Of a DNA stretch of 64,000 nt, positions 10,991-18,929 are shown one piece after another. A program made the translations under genes and the position numbers. Where the stretch lies: NCBI GenBank assembly GCA_946407765.1, contig CAMJPD010000001.1:7755-71754 (forward strand), read 5' to 3'. Position 1 is the stretch's first letter. The number at the start of each line of letters is the position of its first letter. Source of the DNA: an uncultured Lachnospiraceae bacterium. GTDB taxonomy: Bacteria > Bacillota > Clostridia > Lachnospirales > Lachnospiraceae. Under the pieces are notes generated by a model that was not told the DNA's origin, made no database searches, and saw only the letters and a list, made by a program, of their open reading frames with translations.

Positions 10991-12256
10991 ATGTATAAAG
11001 AAAGATTTGCCGACAAAATAATAGAAGAAAAGCTAAAATACACGGGGGCACTAGAAATTAGGGGCCCTAAATGGTGTGGAAAGTCAACCACTGCGATGCA
11101 GCATAGCAAGAGCAATGTTTTTATGCAAGATTTGAATGAAAAGGATAAAAATGTTGAACTCGCAAAAAATGCCCCAAGTAAATTTTTAGAAGGTCCTACT
11201 CCAAGGTTAATCGATGAATGGCAGGAGATAGCCTTCATAAAAGACCAGATTAGATATGAAGTTGATAAACGAAATAAGATGGGGCAATTTATTTTAACTG
11301 GCTCTGCATCACCAGTTGATGAAGATTCATATTCACATAGCGGTATAGGTCGCATTTCTCCTATGATAATGCGCACAATGTCCCTATACGAATCAGGTGA
11401 TTCTAACGGAGGCGTTTCCATATCAAAATTATTTGCACAAGATATAAAGCTAGATGTAACATGTGATAAAAATTTAGAAGACTATGCATATTTGATATGT
11501 AGAGGTGGTTGGCCAGGGATATTCAATGTAAACAAAAAGTACGAATTGAAACTTGCCGAAAATTTTCTTGATGGTCTTGTTAATGAAGATATAAATAAAG
11601 TTTTTAAGAATAAAAAGAACCCCGACCGTTTGGAAAAAGTCATGAGGGCATATTCCAGAGGAATAGGCAGCCAAATGTCGTTAGAAAAAATGACTGCCGA
11701 TATTAAAGAAAACGAAGGCATTCAGATTGATGCTAAAACAGTTTCTTCTTATATTAATGCATTAAAAAAAATATATGTAATAGAAGAACTTAAATCATGG
11801 AACCAAAATCTAAGATCAAGTACCGCCTTAAGAACAACAGATACCAGATATTTTGTAGATCCTTCTATAGCTACAGCAACGCTAAAGATTTCCCCAGAAG
11901 ATCTCATAAACGACATGAAAACATTTGGTTTTATGTTTGAATCTATGTGTATCAGAGATCTAAGGTCTTATGCCGACCTTTTAGATGGAGATGTATTTCA
12001 CTATAGAGATAGAAACAACCTAGAAGTTGATGCAATAATACATCTTAAAAACGGTGATTGGGGAGCAATAGAAATAAAGTTGAGAAGCACAGATGGCATA
12101 GAAGAGGGTTCTTCCAACCTTCTTAAATTGAAAGCTCTCTGCATGGCCAAGAAAATGCGCCCCCCAAAATTTATGATGGTACTTACTGCAGGTGAATATG
12201 CCGTAAAGAGACAAGACGGCATCTATGTAGTTCCTCTTGCATCCCTCGAACCATGA
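10991..12256 (+). CDS. AAA-type ATP-binding protein of the AAA_14/DUF4143 family
   Basis: 421-aa ORF. Walker A-like GPKWCGKST sits near the N-terminus. The C-terminal block FHYRDRNNLEVDAIIHLKNGDWGAIEIKL is typical of the DUF4143 restriction-endonuclease-like fold region. The stop overlaps the next start (ATGA at 12253-12256). Confidence 0.75.
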   Translation: MYKERFADKIIEEKLKYTGALEIRGPKWCGKSTTAMQHSKSNVFMQDLNEKDKNVELAKNAPSKFLEGPTPRLIDEWQEIAFIKDQIRYEVDKRNKMGQFILTGSASPVDEDSYSHSGIGRISPMIMRTMSLYESGDSNGGVSISKLFAQDIKLDVTCDKNLEDYAYLICRGGWPGIFNVNKKYELKLAENFLDGLVNEDINKVFKNKKNPDRLEKVMRAYSRGIGSQMSLEKMTADIKENEGIQIDAKTVSSYINALKKIYVIEELKSWNQNLRSSTALRTTDTRYFVDPSIATATLKISPEDLINDMKTFGFMFESMCIRDLRSYADLLDGDVFHYRDRNNLEVDAIIHLKNGDWGAIEIKLRSTDGIEEGSSNLLKLKALCMAKKMRPPKFMMVLTAGEYAVKRQDGIYVVPLASLEP

Positions 12257-13488
12257 ATAAATTCATACCTAAAATGATAATTATAATAACCACTGTGTTT
12301 TGTGTTTCCTGCACGAGTCTATTTTCAATACAAAATAGTTATGAATTAGATGAAAACATAATAGAAAGTATAGATACCCAACATAACAATCAATATAAAT
12401 ATATAATTAATAAGTCTTCAGGAAAAGTACATTCGTATACTCATGGAAACAAAATAATAACTAATAGAGATAATATTCAGCAAACCAATGACAATATAGA
12501 AAACATCTTAAAAAACCACAATTATGATATATGCAGAACATGTTGGGCTGGTTTAAAGGTTAATTTAAAAGATTATGAGAATAAAGATTTTAATCTAATA
12601 GAAAAGTTTATGAGACTCTACGATTTTGCTTCTCATGATGAAGAAGAACAAGCATTTTTAATATGTTTATTTGAAGTCGGCGAATGGTATGTAGATAATA
12701 TTTATACATACCAAGGAGGAAACGAGAGTGTCAAAAACATTGAACTTATAGCAAGTAATACAGCAAAAGAGTCTGCTTATGAGAGATGGCAGAATTATAA
12801 GTCAACTTATAAATTATCTTATTCTTTGGATGATAGTAAGAAGATATTACCAGTAGTTTATGATGACAAAAACAAACCCACAACACTAGTAACATATATA
12901 TGTGATTTGTTTAAGGATTTAAAATATGGATTTGGAGACAATAAGTACAGTAAATCAAGCAGGCAAATATTAAAAAATCCTAATGGAGAGGAAATTGCCC
13001 GTGAATGGAAAAACTACTGTGTCGTAGATGATTGTTCAAAATTTGCAGCAGCTGTCTATTATCATTATATAAACAAGGAAATATTATCTAAAAAAATAAT
13101 GGCAGATAAGACGGGCAATGGAATAGATTTGTGGGGGACAAGTTCTACAATGTTTTCCGATAGAAATAATTTTACTAACAAGATATTATCAACAGGAAAG
13201 TTCGACTTAATAAAATGGGATACTCTTAAGGCAAAAAGTTCTGATAATCATACAGAGCCTCATTACAATGGAACAAAATTTGATTTAGAGGCAGGCGATC
13301 TTATTTATAGAAAAGACCATGTGGAATTTTACATAGGAAATGGAAAAGTTGTCGGATGGGGTAGAGTTCATAATACATATACTTTGAATAAAGAATTTCA
13401 TATTGAAGAAGATGGTTTTCATAGCAATGACATAGAAGATAAGAATCTTCCTTATGTGACGATTATAAGGTTTAAAGGAGGCAGGTAA
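12253..13488 (+). CDS. Membrane/lipid-anchored hypothetical protein with a C-terminal NlpC/P60-CHAP-like Cys/His signature (paralogue of 61174-62274)
   Basis: 411 aa. N-terminal hydrophobic segment with Cys (TTVFCVSC). GEWYVDNIYTY block shared with the paralogue. VVDDCSKFAAAVY ... GDLIYRKDHVEFYIG resembles the catalytic Cys and His motifs of papain-like cell-wall hydrolases. The functional call is tentative. Confidence 0.55.
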   Translation: MNKFIPKMIIIITTVFCVSCTSLFSIQNSYELDENIIESIDTQHNNQYKYIINKSSGKVHSYTHGNKIITNRDNIQQTNDNIENILKNHNYDICRTCWAGLKVNLKDYENKDFNLIEKFMRLYDFASHDEEEQAFLICLFEVGEWYVDNIYTYQGGNESVKNIELIASNTAKESAYERWQNYKSTYKLSYSLDDSKKILPVVYDDKNKPTTLVTYICDLFKDLKYGFGDNKYSKSSRQILKNPNGEEIAREWKNYCVVDDCSKFAAAVYYHYINKEILSKKIMADKTGNGIDLWGTSSTMFSDRNNFTNKILSTGKFDLIKWDTLKAKSSDNHTEPHYNGTKFDLEAGDLIYRKDHVEFYIGNGKVVGWGRVHNTYTLNKEFHIEEDGFHSNDIEDKNLPYVTIIRFKGGR

Positions 13489-14079
13489 ATGGACAAGAAA
13501 AAGGTTTTGCTTATTATATTACTGATCGGGGTTGCTGCTATAGGAGCTTACTTTTTTAATTATGTAAATCGTTCATACGATTTATCTGCCTCTATAAGGA
13601 ACTACGGTTTTACTGCTTCTAGTATTAGTGACAAATATTTAAATTATGCAAAGAGAAATATTTATCCAGAGAAGATTAGAAAATATATAGTAAATTATTA
13701 TATTCCAACTAGCATTCTTGGAGACGAGGCAACGGGAAACGAAGTTATTGAGTTGATGAAATTAATAGGCTATGAAGAAGTATTTAAATCGTTGTTTGAT
13801 AAAAATCGCAATAACTTCGATGATTGCCCAGTTACAGAAAAGTTTAAGTCAAAGTTTAACACAAATTTACTTAAGTATTTTAATATAGACGAAATAGAGA
13901 ATTTAGAAATAAATTGTACTGTTAATATAGAAGATAAAGAATTTAAGTTAGAAACTTACGGGATTAATGGCTACTCTGCAAACTTAGAACCAAATTACTT
14001 TCGCACATACAACTTTCGTTACACACTTGACTCAGACGGTAATGTTGACGATATAGTTCTTAATTCTGCAAGCAAATAA
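13489..14079 (+). CDS. Small N-terminally anchored hypothetical protein, partner of 12253-13488 (paralogue of 62280-62759)
   Basis: 196 aa. The ATG directly abuts the upstream TAA, with AGGAGG inside the end of the upstream gene. TM segment VLLIILLIGVAAIGAYFF. Motifs shared with the 159-aa paralogue (EKFKSKFN / EKFRSKYN; C-terminal YNFRYTL...DDIVL / FYFNYAV...EDVNL). Confidence 0.7.
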   Translation: MDKKKVLLIILLIGVAAIGAYFFNYVNRSYDLSASIRNYGFTASSISDKYLNYAKRNIYPEKIRKYIVNYYIPTSILGDEATGNEVIELMKLIGYEEVFKSLFDKNRNNFDDCPVTEKFKSKFNTNLLKYFNIDEIENLEINCTVNIEDKEFKLETYGINGYSANLEPNYFRTYNFRYTLDSDGNVDDIVLNSASK

Positions 14080-14093
14080 AAAAGGATAGGGAA

Positions 14094-15344
14094 ATGCTCA
14101 TGGATGCTGTAGAGGTTACAAAAAAATTAGTATCTATAGAATCTACCGACCCAGGTAAATATGAATTTGAAGTGGAAAAATTTTTATTTTCTGCTCTTTC
14201 TGATTTAAAACAATACGGCATTCGGATTTTTGAAGATGAAGTAGACGGCGGCCGAAAAAATCTCATGGCAATCTTTCCATCAACAAAACAAGAAAAAGAA
14301 GAAGAGCTTGTTTTTATTTGCCATATGGATACAGTAGTTGTAGGTGATGGCTGGACAAAAAATCCTTTTTCTGCAGATGAAGAAAATGGCAGAATCTATG
14401 GCAGAGGCTCAAGTGATATGAAGTCGGGTCTTGCTGTTGCACTTTCAGCATTTGCCTATGCAGTTAAAAATTATAAACAAGAAAATTTAAAAAGAGATCT
14501 CAAAATTATTTTTACAGTAGATGAAGAAGCAACTATGCTCGGTGTTGAAAAAGCAATTAAGTCAGGCTGGGTGGCAAGCAATAGTTTTGTTGTTGATTTT
14601 GAACCAACAGACGGCTCACTCCAGGTTTCGCACAAGGGAAGACTGTGGATAGAACTTGATATCACAGGAAAAACTGCACACGCATCTATGCCGCACGAAG
14701 GAATAGACGCCAACATAGTTTTATCTTCTATAATATATAGCCTAAACAAAAAAATCGCTCAGCTAGAAGAAGATGATGAACTTGGAAAAACAACCATGAC
14801 TATCGGCCTCATGAGCGGCGGCTACCAACCATATGTCGTTCCAGATAAAGCAAGCGCGACACTTGACATAAGACTTACTCCGCCTAGCGATAGAGAAACA
14901 ATTCTATCTCTTCTTTATGATGCAGTACGTGAAGTAATGGCAGAATTAAATCTTGCATCAAAACTTACAAAGGAAGTAGAACCTCAAAAGAAGGGCGTAT
15001 CTCAAGCAAATAAGTCTCAGCAGGCAGATGCAGTAAGCATAAACAGCATAGTATCTTATAAAATAACTGGTGATAGAGCATATGTGAAAAAAGATGATTC
15101 CTCAGAATTTATAAAAATTTTTGTGGACACTCTAAAAAGTCTAAATCTAAATTCCAACATAGAATATTTTTCAGGTTACACCGACACAGCAGTCATTGCC
15201 TCAACTCTTAAAAATATAAATTGCGCATCCTACGGCCCAGGGAGCCTTGCTCTCGCCCACAAGCCCGACGAATATGTCGACATCGCCGACGTAACCCGCT
15301 GCGTCCAGGTTGCGACTTCACTAATCGATAAAATTCTCTTGTAA
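14094..15344 (+). CDS. M20 family metallopeptidase (ArgE/DapE-type deacylase)
   Basis: 416 aa. Motifs: VFICHMDTVVVGDGW (HxDTV metal ligand), GRGSSDMKSGLA, VDEE. Length and order are typical of the M20 family. Substrate is not assignable. Confidence 0.8.
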   Translation: MLMDAVEVTKKLVSIESTDPGKYEFEVEKFLFSALSDLKQYGIRIFEDEVDGGRKNLMAIFPSTKQEKEEELVFICHMDTVVVGDGWTKNPFSADEENGRIYGRGSSDMKSGLAVALSAFAYAVKNYKQENLKRDLKIIFTVDEEATMLGVEKAIKSGWVASNSFVVDFEPTDGSLQVSHKGRLWIELDITGKTAHASMPHEGIDANIVLSSIIYSLNKKIAQLEEDDELGKTTMTIGLMSGGYQPYVVPDKASATLDIRLTPPSDRETILSLLYDAVREVMAELNLASKLTKEVEPQKKGVSQANKSQQADAVSINSIVSYKITGDRAYVKKDDSSEFIKIFVDTLKSLNLNSNIEYFSGYTDTAVIASTLKNINCASYGPGSLALAHKPDEYVDIADVTRCVQVATSLIDKILL

Positions 15345-15390
15345 AATGTGATAAAATAGAAGAAGGCGCATTCGTCCAGGAGGTTTTACG

Positions 15391-16419
15391 TTGAGTAAAA
15401 ATATAAAAAAAGTTTTGTCATATGTTGTAGCCATCGTTCTCGCACTTGGCATAGGCGTTACATACGCTTATGCAGTCGGCGGCAATGACACAAATAATTT
15501 AATGACAAAAACAGAATGGCAACAAAAAACAGATCAAATAAGAGCTTCAATTGACAATGTAACAAAAACAATAAATGCAACCAATATGGATTTTGTCATG
15601 AACGGTCCAAGACTCCAAGTAAGTCTTGCAGAAGGATGGCAAAATAATGGAGCAATTATACGACATGATGAAATGTTTTCTCCAACCCACTCCGATACAA
15701 CTTCTACTTGGGATTTATATCCTACACGAAACGATATATTTTTACAAGACACATTTGATGGTAGACAAAAGGTAAAACAAGTAGCTTGGGCAGATAACAG
15801 TCCAACGGGATATTCACTCCACGGTTTAAGAGAGCGCATGGCATTGAAAACAAATATTCCTGATATTTATCTAATAGTTTCAGTTTTTTCACCATTTGCC
15901 GTTTTCTTGCATTATGTACAAGTGGGAACTTATCCTATTTATAATTCAACATCTGCAATTCCTGCAAGAACTTTAACTGTTCAATTACCTCGTCCTGACT
16001 GGGTTCACTATCAAAGTGTGACAAAAACTATAGAAGATGTATCACGAACCAACTCAAGAGTATGGTACGGATATAATCTTGCAGGAAATGCAGAGTATAC
16101 AGATTCTACAATCAATGCAAGTGACGGATTTAGTAATACGGGCGATGCATATGTCAGAAAAACAGTTGCTGCAGCATCAATAACATACACAATAGACTTT
16201 CCAGCAGGAGCTAATTCTATTAGGTCTAGAGTAACAAATTTTTGGGATATTATTCCATGTAATATGAAAACACGTAAATTTGCCACAGCCGGCGATAGAG
16301 TAACAACTGACTTAGTTGGAAAATGGGGAGGTTCTGTTGCCAAAGTATATAGTCCTGCCAAAGGTTGCCTATGTCTTAAAACTTTTGTTAACGGCGAAAT
16401 CCCTATAATGAATGAATAA
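15391..16419 (+). CDS. Cassette 1, family A: secreted hypothetical protein
   Basis: 342 aa. TTG start 6 nt after AGGAGG. Signal peptide ending TYAYA. Family motifs TNMDFVMNGPRLQ, FDGRQKV, PDIYLIVSVF and C-terminal KVYSPAKGCLCLKTFVNGEIPIMNE, shared with 39019, 42518 and 45936. Confidence 0.9.
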   Translation: MSKNIKKVLSYVVAIVLALGIGVTYAYAVGGNDTNNLMTKTEWQQKTDQIRASIDNVTKTINATNMDFVMNGPRLQVSLAEGWQNNGAIIRHDEMFSPTHSDTTSTWDLYPTRNDIFLQDTFDGRQKVKQVAWADNSPTGYSLHGLRERMALKTNIPDIYLIVSVFSPFAVFLHYVQVGTYPIYNSTSAIPARTLTVQLPRPDWVHYQSVTKTIEDVSRTNSRVWYGYNLAGNAEYTDSTINASDGFSNTGDAYVRKTVAAASITYTIDFPAGANSIRSRVTNFWDIIPCNMKTRKFATAGDRVTTDLVGKWGGSVAKVYSPAKGCLCLKTFVNGEIPIMNE

Positions 16420-16436
16420 GAAGGTAGAGGCAGATG

Positions 16437-17672
16437 ATGAATAAATATATAAAAAAATGTTTAATTATATACCTAACTCTTGCCACAGTTTTATGTGGTA
16501 TGGTAGGTGTTGCTTATGCAGTAAGTTCTACTGATGCCGATGAATTTTTAACTCGCTCTGAATTTGCAGTTGATTTTGCAAGACTTGTAAAAAAATTAGA
16601 CGAGGAAGAACGAGAGGTATTAAAAAACATTTACAAATACCGTACAACAAATGTTAAATTTGTAACATGGGACACTCCAACAAAATATTACAATAGTACA
16701 AATGCCGATGGCGGATATTACAACGGAGGAAATGTATTTCCACGACCAAAAATATCTGGAGGCAGTGCCAATTATGGCTGGGGTTTTTCAAATGGCAGTG
16801 CCACAAATAAAAAACTTGGTAGATATACAAACTATTGTTTATATAGATTATGGAATGGCAATTACTATATAACAAAAAATATATATGGATATGATGATAA
16901 TTCAAGACATTATTATCCTACGGTAAACTATTCTGTTCCAATAGAAAATTTTCCAGGATGGTATTTGGAAGTAAGAAACTATTATCTAGCCAATAGTTAT
17001 ATAGGCTCTTACTGTTCAATAATAAGGCTCGACCCAAATGCTATAAATTACCCAAGCACTTCAGATACACTAATTCTTCGCTTTAAAAAAGATAAGTTCG
17101 TATATTGTGGTGATAATGTAACAAAGTTAACTACAACAAAAAACACAGTTACATATACTAGTGATTATTGGCAAGGTCCACTCGTGATAGCTCCTCTCAC
17201 TTTTGATAAGTATAGTGATTTTGCTGCCCAAGGAACTCAAAGCGCAACTTACGAAAGTTGGATTGATGAATCAACAGGCGATTTTATGATGACCATAAGA
17301 GGTCTTTCTAGATGCTATGCAACAGATACGACCAATTATTATAATTATGTATATTATTTAGCAAATTCAAATATAACAGTTTGTAAAATTATCCCATCAG
17401 ACAACGTTGAATATATGTGTGGAAACTTATATGGATATTATTCAAGCAGAGTTACTTGGCAGCCATCAATGTCATCTCCTTATGTTCCATCAGCTTGTTT
17501 CATAGGCACTGGACTGCTAGAAGATCCATATTGGCAATATGAATTTGTAGATTGTGAAAACGGAATTAAATATTGGCATGCTTATAAACCACCAGCATTA
17601 GCCCCTAGTTCTGCAACATCTAATGCTCCAACTTCAGTAGGCATACACTACTCACTTCCTATAGTTTATTAA
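16437..17672 (+). CDS. Cassette 1, family B: secreted hypothetical protein
   Basis: The second of two adjacent ATGs is chosen (GAGG spacing; N-terminus MNKYIKKCL identical to B3/B4). Signal ends VAYA. Motifs YKYRTTNVKF, YRLWNGNYYI, SVPIENFPGWYL, DNVEYMCG, CENGIKYWHAY, C-terminal HYSLPIVY. Confidence 0.9.
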   Translation: MNKYIKKCLIIYLTLATVLCGMVGVAYAVSSTDADEFLTRSEFAVDFARLVKKLDEEEREVLKNIYKYRTTNVKFVTWDTPTKYYNSTNADGGYYNGGNVFPRPKISGGSANYGWGFSNGSATNKKLGRYTNYCLYRLWNGNYYITKNIYGYDDNSRHYYPTVNYSVPIENFPGWYLEVRNYYLANSYIGSYCSIIRLDPNAINYPSTSDTLILRFKKDKFVYCGDNVTKLTTTKNTVTYTSDYWQGPLVIAPLTFDKYSDFAAQGTQSATYESWIDESTGDFMMTIRGLSRCYATDTTNYYNYVYYLANSNITVCKIIPSDNVEYMCGNLYGYYSSRVTWQPSMSSPYVPSACFIGTGLLEDPYWQYEFVDCENGIKYWHAYKPPALAPSSATSNAPTSVGIHYSLPIVY

Positions 17673-17683
17673 GGCGGTGACAT

Positions 17684-18667
17684 ATGAAGAATATAAATAT
17701 AAAAAAATTAATTCCAGGAATAATTAGCATAGTAGTAGTTATAGGCATGGCACTTCAATCATTTGCCACAGATATTGATATGGAATCATTTGTAAGAAGA
17801 GATCTCCATAAACAAACATATTATGAACTTGATTGGCTGATTGATGACATAGAAAAATCAATTGAAAGATTATATAAATGGACATGCACTAATGTTGTGT
17901 CATTTGGCGGTCAAGGAAATTATGTAAACGGAACAACAATTTCTTATCAAAGAGCTTCCACTCAAACATATCACTGGAATATGGATCCAATAATCGACTT
18001 ATCTGAAGAAGGCTACCTAAGATTCAACCCAGCCGATGCAATAAATGCTTTTGGAAACCATTCAAAGGCAGATGTATATGAAGCAGAACTTCCAGCAAGT
18101 CTTGCACTCTGGCGAAACGAAGTTGAATTATATCCAACAACAAAAATAAAAGCAAAACTAACAAGAACCTGGCCTAACACAACATCTGCCTCACAAAGTG
18201 CAACATGGACACAAGAAATAATTATGGGACCATTTAAAAAATTCCCAAACATCTCAACCCTCACAACTCAGGCCTCTACATTTTGCTCAGTCACAAAATT
18301 TTTCCCACTCTCATTTGACATGGCAAGTGTTTCATATAGATACGGAACCGAAACAGAACCAACAAGCTGGACAAGCATGACAGGTTCTCTTACCGTACTC
18401 CAAACAGATAAAAACACACAAAGCTATTCAACCATCCCAAGAGAATTACTACGAGGCGTTACGACGCAGGCAGATATAGAAGACAACTTCTATCGTGGCG
18501 ACAAAAGCAAAATTTCTACAACAGCTTGTTATTTTTATGCAAACACAACATGGGGAACAAATTTATCTAATTATGATAAAGTTTGGATTAGAGCAGTCGG
18601 CACAGTAAGCGGAACTTACGAACACAAAATTGACGGATGGACCCTCACCTCATGGAACAAAAAATAA
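17684..18667 (+). CDS. Cassette 1, family C: secreted hypothetical protein
   Basis: 327 aa, 11 nt after B1. Signal ends QSFA. Motifs YYELDWLIDDIEKSIERLYKWTCTNV, LPASLALW, MGPFKKFP, EPTSWTS, C-terminal TSWNKK. Confidence 0.9.
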   Translation: MKNINIKKLIPGIISIVVVIGMALQSFATDIDMESFVRRDLHKQTYYELDWLIDDIEKSIERLYKWTCTNVVSFGGQGNYVNGTTISYQRASTQTYHWNMDPIIDLSEEGYLRFNPADAINAFGNHSKADVYEAELPASLALWRNEVELYPTTKIKAKLTRTWPNTTSASQSATWTQEIIMGPFKKFPNISTLTTQASTFCSVTKFFPLSFDMASVSYRYGTETEPTSWTSMTGSLTVLQTDKNTQSYSTIPRELLRGVTTQADIEDNFYRGDKSKISTTACYFYANTTWGTNLSNYDKVWIRAVGTVSGTYEHKIDGWTLTSWNKK

Positions 18668-18929
18668 ATAGAAAATTGTTTCAAACTATATCCCATTCTA
18701 TATCTAGATGTAGTAGTAGGCCATAACTATATGTGGGCGCAGAGAAGATAAAAGAATCCAAACTTTAAGTAAAATTAATAATTATTAAGAAAAAAAGCAA
18801 TCAATAAAAGCCAAAAAAATATCATATAGGTTATAATTATATATGCATAACTAGATAGCAGAAAACAAATATTTTTTGTGCTGTTTTGTTGTGTTAACTT
18901 GTGTCAAATTCTAAATTTAACTAGATTTA

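Noticed and set aside
10978-11421. 147-codon minus-strand ORF overlapping the start of the DUF4143 ATPase gene.
   Set aside because: It is antisense to a gene with clear family motifs. It has a Ser/Leu/Ile-rich translation and no RBS.
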